64,000 nt of DNA from Paraphysomonas bandaiensis (Eukaryota > Protista > Chrysophyceae), in NCBI GenBank assembly GCA_965644295.1, contig CBFFRP010000123.1:124001-188000 (forward strand), read 5' to 3'. The notes below the pieces were generated by a model, which was given only the letters and a program-made list of their open reading frames with translations, searched no databases and was not told the origin of the DNA. Shown here in pieces: positions 1 through 12,918 of this stretch (the stretch's first letter is position 1; each line of letters begins with the position of its first letter). The translations under genes were made by a program, and so were the position numbers.

Positions 1-46
1 ATAAAATAGCCAACATTTTCCCCGATTTTCTATTAATGTTATGCAG

Positions 47-160
47 GAATTCAATGCTACAAATATTGCGCTGCAGGTATGGCGATGTGCTGACATGATG
101 GAGAAGACACTGGTGGACTTGAAATTTTCCCTGGCAGAAGCTCACGCTATCCAGCTCTAA
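47..160 (+). CDS. Probable terminal exon of a gene starting left of the window
   Basis: Acceptor-like atgcag at 41-46 followed by an open frame EFNATNIALQVWRCADMMEKTLVDLKFSLAEAHAIQL-TAA; no recognisable motif. Confidence 0.4.
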   Translation, partial: EFNATNIALQVWRCADMMEKTLVDLKFSLAEAHAIQL

Positions 161-790
161 CCAATGTACGTAATATTACTACTACATAGTCCAGTACTGT
201 GCAATGTGCGTTAAAGAATATACTTACCTATAACGATTAATTAGGCCTGTACGAAGAGACAGAATGTAATCAATTCTTTTTTTGTAGGCTGGACTCCAGG
301 ACATGTATTATGCATTTCGACCTCTCGCTTTTTGGCTTTTCGACTTCTTGTTAGAGAAATATTATAGTTTGTGTGCATATGTTTATTACTCTATGGTCCG
401 CGTTAACGTTTTAGTATATGCGCATTTATATTGCCTTCGATACTATATAATCAGCATTCTGCGTGTTAAACTACTCAACACATCCTTCTTACTACGAGGT
501 TCAACGAAGAGTAGAATATTAATGAAAGTTTCAGTACATTATATTTTTCCATTATCCATTTTATTTATTGTGTTGCTCTCACAAACTCACTTTGCTACGA
601 GTTACGACATATAGATCACAATTCTTGTCCACACCACGTTATTAATTGTGCTCACTGACTCACTTTACAACGAGTAACGACATATAGATCACAATTGTCC
701 AAACCACAGGTTCGGACATATATCTTGTGATATATACAATGTACATATTGGCGCACTCCAATATGATTCTTTTCAAATTGATGACGATAA

Positions 791-1554
791 CTACATCGTT
801 TCTTCTGTGGAAACTTCTGCTTTTATACCAGCTTGTGCTTCTGCATCCGCCTCTCGTAAAACTTTCCGAATAAATCCCGAATTTGCTACATCTAGTGGAG
901 TATTTCCATCCTATACCGACGACGTAAAACAAGATATTCATAAGACAAGCGAAACTCTTTCTTGGTCAAACGTGATGCAAAGAGAAATGTGCCAGAAATA
1001 CCTGATTTGTTGCATCTATTGATGCCCCAAAGGCTACTAGAAATTGAATACACTCCCAGTGACCCTTCTGTGAGGCATAGTGAACTGCAGTATTACCATC
1101 CTATTCGTATAAACTATAAAGAGATCTCAGAATCAGGGGATATATATATATTTACTTTTGCCGCGATCGTAGGATCTGCATCAGCAGCAAGGAGCAGTTT
1201 CAAGCAACCCAGTTCGCCTTCCATTGCTGCCATGATGAGAGGTGTCATACCAGCCTATGATATAAAAATCCATTAAACGTATAGGACAGAAACCATACGT
1301 GTACCCGGGTCTTTGTGTCCGCGAAAGCACCAGCAACAAGTAACTCTTTAACACATAATTCATTCCCATACTTCGCAGCATAATGCAACGCCGAAATGCC
1401 AATCTAAACGTATAAAATATTCATATAAGTTTTATATACTGTAGCATGCGACAACCTCATCTTTGGCAGTAATAGCATCCGTGTGTGCTTGTTCCCTGCA
1501 TACTTCAACGACTTTATCCCAGCTAAACTGTCTTGCAAGGACTGCTAGGCTCAT
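791..1554 (-). CDS. Ankyrin-repeat protein, 171 aa, 5 exons (1554-1456, 1403-1305, 1254-1156, 1100-1002, 910-791)
   Basis: Manual splicing at GT-AG introns gives GISALHYAAKYGN, GMTPLIMAAMEGE, GNTAVHYASQKGH and GNTPLDVA ankyrin motifs; missed by the ORF track. Confidence 0.88.
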
Positions 1555-2744
1555 TTCTGTTAATTGAAAGAATACAAACACAGCTAATGAATAAATACTT
1601 CAAAAGCAAGTAAGTTGTGGATACTCTGCATATGGAATGTGTATCATTAGGGCTTATGCAGGGACGTTAATGCGACCTTCTGCCTCCTGTCGATAACGAA
1701 CATTGTATTATAGAAATACTGCTGTATATATCGTACACAATACGTACATAAGGAATTGACAGTTACGTATATATACATTGGAATACGCTGGAATACGTAG
1801 TGCTGAAAGAGGAGAGTAGCGAGCGATATGATGAAGATCACATGCTGCACGAGTGCGTATCATAACATACAATTTCGTTACTGAAGTCACAGCTAGAGAT
1901 AAGTGAAGTCACGAAGTGAGAATTGATCCTCCAATCATCTGCATCTATCATATATTGATATGGTATAGCATACAGCAGTTCACTTATCTTGACTCGTATA
2001 GTTCGATCACAGTACAATGAACACACAAGTATTGTACTTGTTAAAGTCATGTATGAAGTTGTATAGCTAAGGCAAAAAACAATACGGCATAGATTGTTAT
2101 TGTTATTAGCTGTATACTTGTATACTTGTATTATATGTATTCTATTCTATTGTTAATATTGTAAACTAGTGTACCTTAAAGCATATCGTGATCGCCATAT
2201 TACCGTAAAAGCTAATCGCGAAAGAGTAATTTTGAAGAGTATTGTTATTTAAATTCTGTATTATGTATATATAGAACTTCTCAAAATTTTATTTATTTTA
2301 TAGCTTGAGGAGGCTCTCTGTAAAGAGGGCGTATAAGTCGAATATAAAATATAATCCTCTGGTCGAATAGAAATGAAATTTTCCAGTGCTAGGGTACAAT
2401 AAATAATAAATTACAGTAGCATTGAAATGCATCTTAGCGTGTCTGATGATCTGTCTTTGAAACTTGATTCTTAAATATTCTTTGCTTAACATTGTGTAAC
2501 ATAGTCAGAGCCAGGAAAAAATATATTGGATTGCAATCATAAAGAAATTAGAATTTTGTGATTAATTAGAGAAAGCGCAAGTTAGTGTTACGACCAAATT
2601 TTAATAGCGCGTATTACACTTGCACACTACACTAATCTGCACTACTCACATCAACTTTATGACATAAATACTTTATGACTTTTGATCGTACCTGCATTAT
2701 AGAGATATCGCCTTGCCATCAACCGAACTAGCTAGCTCAATATC

Positions 2745-4683
2745 TTAGATGCCTTCGTGCGATCTCGTTGATCGTGAAATCCTCGATGGTAATAAAACGG
2801 CGTTGTAGAATCTTTCGAACTCCTCGAAATCTGAAATACTTAGTAGGGTGAAACTAAACCAAAAATATTAAAATACCGATGGATCCGTTCTGCTTCCAGT
2901 TAATGTGCTCGAATAAAGCTTCAATATTTAGTACCGTAACATCACAGTCACTTGTTACCAACAACGGACCGGCGCCATCATGAAGCAGGCAACGCATGAC
3001 GAGCTGGGCAACAGTTATACACACAAGTGATTGTACAACTTTCGCACCTCTAGCTCTTCTTTGCTTATACTTCCGTCTTCATCTACATCGAACACTTTAA
3101 AATAAAGTTTAGCCGCTTCTAGCTCCTCGTGTTCTGTTTTAGAGGGTTGCAAAGCAAGTAAATTTAATAAAAACTCTTTCATGTCAACCGTCCCATCCCC
3201 GTTGGTGTCGAAGATATCGAATATGTCCTCTCTGGCAAGAATATCCAATCCGGCACATTTAACCAGATTGCAAAAGGCGGAATAATTAATCTCCTTATCG
3301 CAAGTCAGCCGACGACGCTTGTGGGAAGGAGCTTCCTCTTCGCTATTGTTATCAGAATTTTCGGGGTAGTTATTTATGGCTTCTACAAGCTTCAGTTTTA
3401 GCTGTCGAATTTTGGCTCCTAAATTTTGCGAAGTGCTCGGCCCATCGTCCTCCGACTCAGATTGCTTCTTTAGAAAAGGGAGAACTTCCTCAAAGCATTC
3501 TCGTCGTAACTTGTGACTATCCTCAATTCGAAGGGCGAGAAAAGCGCGCTTGATCTTATTTCGCAATGCCAGGTTCTTAATACGTTGAGTGTAGTCGTCT
3601 CCAAAGTCTCGTTCAACGTCAGCACTTGTGTTATTAATCCAAGGGTGGGCAAGAATATCATCAATATCAAGCCTTTCCTGTGGATTTTTGTTTAGCATTT
3701 TAGAAACCAGGTCTTTAGCCTCCGACGAAATTCCATTCCAAGCCGCTCCCGTCATAGGGCTATACGTCAAACGTGTTATCTGGTATCGGTGCTGAGGATT
3801 ACTGTGAAAAGGTGGATGACCAGCAAGCATTGTGTATAGAATACATCCCGCTTGCCATATATCAGTCTTGGGGGAGTATTCAAAGTGCAAAATTGACTCA
3901 GGAGCAAGCATTCCTTCCGTGCCTACCAGGGGAGGACAGCGAAGAACATTATTATTGCCGGGGAGATGCAACATGAGCCCAAAGTCAATAAGCTTGATGG
4001 CAGATGGTTCGGAGTGGGAAACGTAAACCATATTATCTATCTTTAAATCTCTATTCATTTGTCAAATTAACAACGGTATCATATATGAGTCGTACCTGTG
4101 AATATATCCGTTTTGATGCAGGGTTCGTAAAGCCAACATCGCGGTCTTGAATGAGTATGCCAGGTAGCGTTCCGTAATATGATTACGTTGTATTATTCGT
4201 TCATACAAATCACCACCACACAGCTTCTCCATGACGATTACTGGGTAGGACTTAAGAAACTTTTTATCTGGAACTACAACGGGTTATATGACACAAATAA
4301 AGCGTCTAACGTACTCAATCCTTCAGGGGTATCATCAAACACTCCAATAAGTTGTACAGAACCCTCAACACCGCGAAGCGAAACCATTAACTCAATTTCT
4401 CTAGCAATACTTTCCGGGTGTGGCGTCTGGCGAGTATAACCAAAAAACTTCATTGCAACTTCACTGCCATCCGACAATCGTTTAGCAGAGTACACCTATA
4501 GATAAAAAACTTCATAGTTAATCGATAATCAAGTAGATGTAGTGTAGTAGTAACCTTCCCCCATCCACCTTCCTGTAATACACTATACTTTAGTTCGATG
4601 TAATTAGATGCATATACAGTCACCTGAAATTGAGGAAACTGAATTTCATAATCGGAATATTGAACAACTGGAGCAAGTGACAT
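2745..4683 (-). CDS. CDPK-like Ser/Thr kinase with C-terminal EF-hands (paralog A)
   Basis: EGGWGKV loop, VAMK, HRDLK (split by an intron), DFG, APE, DIWQAG; EF-hand loops DTNGDGTVDMKEF, DVDEDGSISKEEL, NWKQNGSIDFEEF; GT-AG introns; TAA at 2747-2745. Confidence 0.9.
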
Positions 4684-5290
4684 TCTTTGAATGAAGATCT
4701 TGAAAAGAAATGACTGTAAGGCTTAATGACTTGTTTGAAGATTGCAGTTTATTCGAGTAACTCAAAATGTATGCATATCTGCAGATGTGAGGACAGATGC
4801 CTCCATCTTTTGGACACATTTGGAAATATGATCCTGATGATTGTCTGTGAATGCGTCAGTTCATTGGACGGGCTACATCAACGACCTACATAGATACGGG
4901 CTACATACACAACAGAATCCTATCTAGTTTGTAGATATGGATATTGGGATGATTGGTGGTCCATGTACGGGCTACATCTCCACATCTCCGGCCATTGGAG
5001 TGGTGATGATGGTTCCCATCTTTTCATTCTCATCATATCAACGAAGGGACGTCAAAGTCAGAAGATCATGCATTGACTTCGTCTCTTCTTTCTTCTAGAG
5101 ACTGTACAGAGATACATACACACCCACCAGTCGCATAATCGTTGAGCTGACTCAGTCATAACTATAATCGAAGACGCTTGTCGCTGACAGCACAATCCTT
5201 CAATTCGACAAGTTAATCAGTATATTTCTTCCGTCTTTTTGGCTACTCACTTGATTTCATTGTCTCTTCCTCGCTATCAACTGTAGAAGT
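4684..5290. promoter_or_regulatory. Bidirectional promoter region shared by kinase A and ACC; three copies of ACGGGCTACAT
   Basis: 607 bp between divergent start codons; exact 11-mer at 4868, 4896 and 4967. Confidence 0.55.
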
Positions 5291-8200
5291 ATGTATGAGC
5301 AAGAGTTTTTTAATAGTGTGGAGGATTTTGTTACATGGTCTAATGGAGATCATGTTATTAAGAAAGTGCTGATTGCAAATAATGGTAAGCTGATATTATC
5401 CTACAGAGGGCTCGTAACTGTATTATAGGAATAGGAGCTGTGAAAGCCATTCGATCCATACGAAAGTGGGCATATCAAACATTCGGCAATGAGAGAATGG
5501 TAACTATTTTAAAGTACATGATTTGGTGTAGCTAACGTGTGAATATAGATTAAGTTTGTTGTAATGTGCACTCCTGATGATTTAAGGGCCAATGCGGAGT
5601 TCATACGACTCGCAGATGAAGTAGTAAACGTTCCAGGTGGAAGCAACAACAACAACTATGCTAATGTCAACTTGATATGCGAAATTGCGGAGCAGCTACA
5701 AGTAGATGCAGTTATGCCACTTTGGGGGCATGCGAGTGAAAAACCCAGCTTTCCGAGCTCTCTCGCTGCGTGCAAACGCAAGGTATGCATATTCACTGCA
5801 CACTTTTGCTGCTCATACAACAATATTAGATTGTATTTGTCGGACCTCCTGCAGCCCCAATGCATGCTTTGGGAGATAAAATTGGGTCGACTATCATTGC
5901 ACAGTCTGCTGGTGTACCAACTGCAGGGTGGAATGGAGGAGACATCAAGGTAGACTACGCGCTGGAAGGCCTCTCTCCCGAGGTTTATGATAAAGCAAAT
6001 GTCAAGACTGCACATCAAGCTGTTGAAAGTGCGGTCGCTATTGGTTTTCCTGTAATGATCAAGGCCAGTGAAGGAGGTGGTGGGAAGGGCATAAGACGGG
6101 TAGTATTATTGCGCGCTATCTATCAAGTGCTAAGGTGGACATTTAGGTGACTTGTCGAGAGGAAGTCGAAACTGCCTTCAGACAAGTTCAAGGAGAGGTT
6201 CCAGGATCTCCCATATTTATCATGAAATTAGCAGCTAACTCGCGGCATCTCGAAGTGCAGTTAATTGCGGATAAACACGGTCAAGTGATTGCATTAAGCG
6301 GGAGAGATTGTTCAGTTCAACGTCGACACCAGAAGATTATTGAGGAGGGTCCTCCTTTATCTGCCCCTCCTGAAGTATTTAGACGAATGGAGCAATCTGC
6401 AATTGCTCTAGCCAAAGCGGTATGTTTTAATAACAATTGCGATATATGCAGTGTGTTAAGCGAATGATACAGGTCAGATATGAGAGTGCTGGTACTCTGG
6501 AGTTTCTATTTCACGAGGACACTCACGAGTACTTATTTCTAGAACTTAATCCCCGCTTGCAGGTGAGATTATCCCCTCAAAGTATTCTTTTTGATCCCTG
6601 GGTATTTAGGTGGAGCATCCTGTTACGGAAAATATCCTTGACATCAATTTACCTGCATGTCAACTACAAGTAGCGATGGGTGTGCCACTTCACCGCATTG
6701 GAGACATTCGCAAAATATATGGGCGCCCTATTCGTGGCCGAGATACTATTGATTTTGAAGTGTCTGAGCGTCTCCCTGAATCTGGTTATTGTATTGCAGT
6801 GAGAATCACAGCTGAGAACCCAGATGCATCTTTTCAGCCTACATCTGGAAAAATTACAGACCTTCAGTTCAGATCCGCTATTGACGTTTGGGGATACTTC
6901 TCAGTGAATAACAGTGGGCTTATCCATGAATTCTCAGACTCTCAATTTGGTCATATATTTGCCCATGGAAAGAGTCGCGAGTCAGCCCGACGTGCAATGG
7001 TAGTTGCCCTTAAGGAACTCGAAATCAGAGGTGATATGCGTACTACAGTGGAGTACATTATCCGAATGATGGAATCTGATGACTACGTAAATAATCGCAT
7101 ATCCACGGAGTGGTTAGATCAAAGAATTGCTCACCAAAAGGAGCTTAGAACTGTGGAGTATAGGAATGCTCCACCGAGCTGTCTCATAGCTGTATGTGGT
7201 GCAGCCGTTTTAGGGTTCAGACACTTCGAAGATTCACGAAATTCATTCTTGGACAACTTGAGGGTAGGCCAAGTTCCACCCAAAGATGCAATAGTTAAGA
7301 GCAAAACAATTGAACTTATTTACGACAATATTAAATACAGAATTGGCTGTAGTCGCAGTGGGCCTACCAGTGTCATTATTAGTAGTTGTTCTAAGTCTGA
7401 AGAGGTCAGTGTACAGGAGCTAGCGGATGGAGGATATCTGCTCAATGTGCGAGGGCAAAGTAGGCTGGTGTACATACAGAGTGAAGGAAGCGGATCCCTG
7501 AGAATTATTCTAGATGGATACACTTGTATATTTACACCTGAGTATGATCCAACTAATTTGAAAGCCACTGTAGCCGGTAAGATCGCGCGCCTTCTTGTTC
7601 CAGATGGATCACATGTTAATGCCGGCGACGCTTTTGTGGAGATCGAAGTGATGAAGATGTACATGCCTTTGAGAGCCGATGAGGCTGGTACTGTTCACTT
7701 TCTGCTGAGTGAAGGGGCAGTCATATCTCCAGGTGATATTATTGCAACTATCGAGTTAGACCATCCAGAACTTGTTGTCAAATCACAAGAATTTTCCGGT
7801 GATTTGTTCGGCTACGACACATCGGAAACATTGTCAGAAGAGTCTGTTTTATTGCCACACTTGGCTCTGAAGAGAGCCAGGGGACAATTGGAGAAAGTGC
7901 TTGATGGATTTCCGCTCACCGAAGACGACATGGATAATGCATTAGATACATGTATAAAGTCTTTAATGAATCGACTCCTTCCCGCCTACTGGTTGAGGGA
8001 AGCTATGTCTGTTCTAGGCGGGAGAATAGATAGCGCACTGTACAATCGAATAAACACCCTCAACGATAAATACATAGAGGAATGCTCTAAAGAAGAAACT
8101 TTGACGCCGACGAATACTATCAAATTTCCATCATCAAAAATTATTACTGCTATCTGGGAGGTAGTACAGCAGACCCCTGCAGATGGACGTAGCGCGTTCA

Positions 8201-11200
8201 TGGCTCAAATGGCAGCTGTTTGGGAGATATGCGAAGTGAATTTCCATTCTCCAGAGGTGCAAGTTCTGGTTATGTTAATTCGTTTCATGGAAAAGTTTGT
8301 ACAAGTTGAGAATTTGTTTGACGACATGTCGTATACGGATGTTGTGAACCGTCTCCGTAAAGAGCACGCTGGTGATACAAGCGTTGTATGGGAGTTGTGT
8401 TCATCCCACGTAAATCTAGATGATAAAAACTTGCTCATGCGCAAAGTAATAGACATTGTGGTTACTATTCCCGTTTCTGTGGCTAATCAGCGACCAAAGT
8501 TTCCACCTGGTATTCCATTGGTTCATGAGATCAATACGAGGAACCTGAAGATTAAACTCACTGAACTAAGCCAACTGCGCCAGGCTGTATACAGTCGAAC
8601 ATCTTTTGCTGCTAATTTGGCGTTAATGAAGCAGAATACTCTCACGCTCGATCAGCGCCGCACACGGCTTCATGAAGCACTTGTTGAAGCGCTCAGCACA
8701 GGGGACCGCATCGGATGTGGAGAACGAGTGAACATAATGAAAAAATTTGTTGAAGGAAATATGTCGATTCGGGATTTGTTTGTTGAGTCCATGCAAGAAG
8801 ATTATGAGTATCAGATCGCCTATATCGAGCTTTACCTCAGAAAGATATACCAGAAGACTCATGACATGTCAAATTTTGATGCTGGATACTCTCTTACAGA
8901 TGATGTTGGCACACAGAGTCCCTGGATAACGTTCGAATTTCGAACCCGTAGTTTTGGAGCCGTATCTTCCAGTGTATCTGTTGACGGGTCTGGCACATCG
9001 CCACGCTATAATTACAGTCAGCTTGCCGCGTTGTCACAGCGAGATTCTTACACGAATATGGTTTCTGATTCTGAAGCGGAGAATGAGACATCCTCTGCAG
9101 TGGAAGTAATGCAAACCACAAGATTCGGGGCTTTCGCCACTTTTTCATCGCCTGGTGAATTTGTAAAACTATTTCCGCTGCTTTTGCAAAAAATTCCGCA
9201 AAGCCGTGCAATTACTCCGCTGAAAAAGGGCCCAGTAAATGCCGTACATGCGTGTGTAATGAACGGTAGTTTTTCTTCAGATGGTGAGGCATCCACTTTC
9301 ATATCGAAATACCTCGCAACAATAAAATCTGAACTTCGAGAACGTGGTATTCGGCGTGTTACAGTTCTGATGGGTCAAGCCGAGCAAGAGCACCCTCATG
9401 CACACAAATCACGTGTAGACACGACGGAGAATAATAGTATGTCCATTTTTACATTCCGGTCGAGAACTGACTTTCAGGAGGACATCTTGTATCGGTACAT
9501 CGAAGCTCCTCATGCTTTTCATCTGGATTTGCCACGGCTTGCCAATTTCTCAATATCTTTAGAAGAGGGTCTGCAAACATCATCCGGAAATGTGCAACTG
9601 TATCGTGCTATTCCAGTTGGAGAGAATGGTCCTGTCAGTTATTTTGCTAGACTTGTGAGTTTCACAGTAGACGTTAAAAGTAGTGAAGCTGAGTCTCTGT
9701 TTGTTGAGGCTTTGGACTCCATCGCTCTTGCGATGGGGAGAGATAACAGTGAGGCTGGTAAAGCACGCCGTCCTAATAGAGCCTTTAACCACGTTTTCCT
9801 AAATATAGTTGCCCCGGATATGGTGATTCAACCCCACTTTTACGAAAACAAAATGCGCAAAATATGCACGAAGTACTCCGAAAAGATGGTGAAGCTGGCC
9901 GTTTCGACTGTAGAGCTGAAACTCACATGTCGCCTTCATAGCGACGCGGACCCCATGTTTATTCGACTAAATGTTACGAACCCCACGGGATTTGTAGTTA
10001 AGGTAGAGCAGTATTACGAAGAGTTGGTTGGTCAAACTCCTGTGTTCCGCAGCATAAATTCTTCTTCGGGAGAGTGGGACGGCCTTCCTACCAGCACTCC
10101 TTACCCTACCACAAGCAAGTTCGGTTCCCAGCGCGCGGAAGCACTGGCAGCGTCTGACACTCTCTACGTATACGATTGGCCTGAGTTATTCGAGCAGGGC
10201 GTGAAAGATCAATGGAGCTCTTTTTTCCGTGCGAGACCATCAGTAAGCAAAGACACTATTCCTGAAGATATATTTACTTGTCAAGAACTCGTATTGTGCG
10301 ACAGAAATGACATGACTCCGCTACAGCGGGGTTGGACCGCGATACTCTCCCAGGATGCAGTTATTGCTCCTTGTACAAGGGAGCCTGGTCTAAATGACAT
10401 GGGAATGGTTGGGTGGCTCATGACTATCAAAGCCCCAGAGTGCCGGCAAGGGAGGCAGCTTGTTGTCATTGCGAATGATATTACTCACAAGGCAGGAAGT
10501 TTTGGAACCAAGGAGGATTACTTTTTCTTCAAGGCCTCGGAATTTGCACGGATGATGGAAATTCCCCGCCTTTATCTCGCAGCTAACTCGGGTGCACGTA
10601 TCGGCATGGCTCAAAGTCTGAAAGAAAAGTTCGAAGTCTGTTGGACAGATGAATCTGACCCGTCTAAGGGGTTTCAGTACTTGTATCTAACGAAGAGAGT
10701 ATATGACGAATTTTTAGCTGAGGTTAACGGCGATATCAACTCATTGCCAGTTATATGCAATCTCATTACGGGGCCACATGGTGAAGAGCGATACATGATT
10801 TCCGATATTATTGGTGAAGAGGCTGATCTTGGGGTGGAGAATCTCATGGGGTCTGGTCTAATTGCCGGGGAGACCTCAAAGGCGTATGATAAGATATTCA
10901 CACTAACTCTTGTTGTTGGACGAACTGTTGGTATCGGAGCATACTTAGTTCGTCTGGGACAAAGAACTATCCAGAAGACTCGAATGAGCCCCATCATATT
11001 GACAGGATATCAAGCTCTTAATAAACTAATGGGTAGAGAGATATACACGACAAATGATCAACTAGGTATGTTGACGTTTTAGTATGTGTATTTTAACATT
11101 GCAGTGTAGGTGGGCCAATGATAATGTTTCCCAATGGTGTGACACATTTACTGGCTGAGACACATATGGATTCTATAAAAAAAGCCCTCAACTGGATATC

Positions 11201-12594
11201 TTTTGTTCCATCGTCAAACAAATCCCATCTCCCGGTCCAAGACATTACTGGTCAAGATATTGTAGACCGCCCAGTGGCATTTTGTCCCAAGAAAGGTGAG
11301 ACGTATGACCCTCGCCACTTGATATCCGGCTGTACAACATCAGAAAATGGCACTGAGGTATGGGAATCCGGTTTCTTTGATCGCGATAGTTTTGTAGAAG
11401 TGCTTGAAGGGTGGGCCAAGACGGTGGTTGTTGGACGGGCGCGCCTTGGTGGTATCCCCATGGGTGTTATCATCACCGAGAACAGGACTTCAGAGGCCTT
11501 TATTCCTGCCGATCCTGCGGACAGTACATCTCAGGAAAAGATAATGCAACAGGCAGGTGGGGTGTGGTTTCCAGACTCTGCATACAAGACTGCTCAGGTA
11601 TTTTACTGAAATTGGGCATTGCATAAACTTATAGCTAGTTATACAGGCCTTGAAAGATTTCAACCGCGAAAAACTGCCATGCATCGTGTTTGCTAATTGG
11701 CGGGGATTTTCGGGTGGACAAAGAGACATGTTCGATGAAGTACTAAAATTTGGAAGCATGATTGTGGATGCCTTTGTTGCCTACAACCAACCGCTATTTG
11801 TCTACATTCCCCCACATGCTGAGTTGCGTGGTGGAGCGTGGGTCGTGGTTGATCACACAATCAATGCAGATGTTATGGAATTCTACGCGGCAGAGGATGC
11901 TCGCGGAGGTGTTTTGGAAGCAGCCGGTGCGGCGAGTATTAAATTCCGAGACCGAGAAATTCGCTCCACTGCCAATCGACTGGATCCTGTTCTCGTCCAC
12001 TTAAAACGTGACCTTGATGACTGCGGAGATGCCTCCTCACGGAGAGAAATTGAAAAGAAAATTGCGGAACGTGAAAGGCTTGTGATTGGTGTTTTTAGAC
12101 AAATCGCAGTTCACTTTGCTGATTTGCACGACACTCCTGGACGTATGAGAGCAAAAGGAGTGATTAGGAAGCAAGTAACGTGGGCTCAATCTCGAAAGTT
12201 TTTCTTCTGGAGGCTGCGCCGAAGGTTAGCCGAGTTCGAGGTGGCACAAACTATGATGGATATTGACAATCAAATTACAACTCGTTCTGCCGCCATCGAA
12301 ATTGTAAAAGGGTGGTTTATGGAGCATACAGGTTCTGATTACGATTTGTGGAATTGTGATCGCAAAGCAATGGCTTGGCTTCAGGAGAACACTAGTTATA
12401 TGCGAAAACGATTGGCGGATATGACTAGCACAGTTCAGTCACGCCAACTTGCTAGCCAATTAAGAGATATGCTGAAAACTTCGGTGGAAGAGTCTGGCGA
12501 GCCTGATATTGGTAGAATGATATCTCAAGCTCTTGCCTCATTGCCTGAGGACGACAGGGAAAAGGTTAGGGATGCTTTTGCAAAAGCGAAATAA
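5291..12594 (+). CDS. ACC1: Homomeric acetyl-CoA carboxylase (BC-BCCP-central-CT), probably cytosolic; 9 exons
   Basis: KKVLIANNG start, [24 protein letters not shown], biotin motif EVMKM, CT motifs NSGARIG and [13 protein letters not shown]; introns 5385-5428, 5500-5548, 5783-5829, 6100-6146, 6420-6472, 6563-6609, 11066-11109, 11598-11646; no N-terminal presequence. Confidence 0.97.
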
Positions 12595-12918
12595 ATTTCA
12601 GTATATGGAGTACTGTCTGCCCCATATTGACAGCGTAACTAATTACTGCGTGCGGCCCTCTAGTGGGTGCTGCCGAGTGCTGCGATTGCTCGCCTCTACC
12701 TATGTACACATTGCTTAGTTCAGCAGTTCCCCACTCTGGGTTCTCACTGTATATTCAGCGCTGAATACCGTGTGATTAATTGGCAAAAAATTGGCAACAA
12801 TTTCCAATAATAATAATTGGAATTATCACTATTAAAACCAATTAATTTAATTGGCAATCCATTTAATTGGCTATTATTGCCAATAAATTGAAAACCAATT
12901 AATTGTTACGCAAGCCTG

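Noticed and set aside
595-709. Two ~43-bp direct repeats about 73 bp apart (CRISPR-like spacing)
   Set aside because: Only two imperfect units in eukaryotic intergenic DNA; a local tandem duplication
7320-12000. Many antisense or alternative-frame ORFs over ACC and other genes
   Set aside because: Shadows of the real coding frames with no independent motifs
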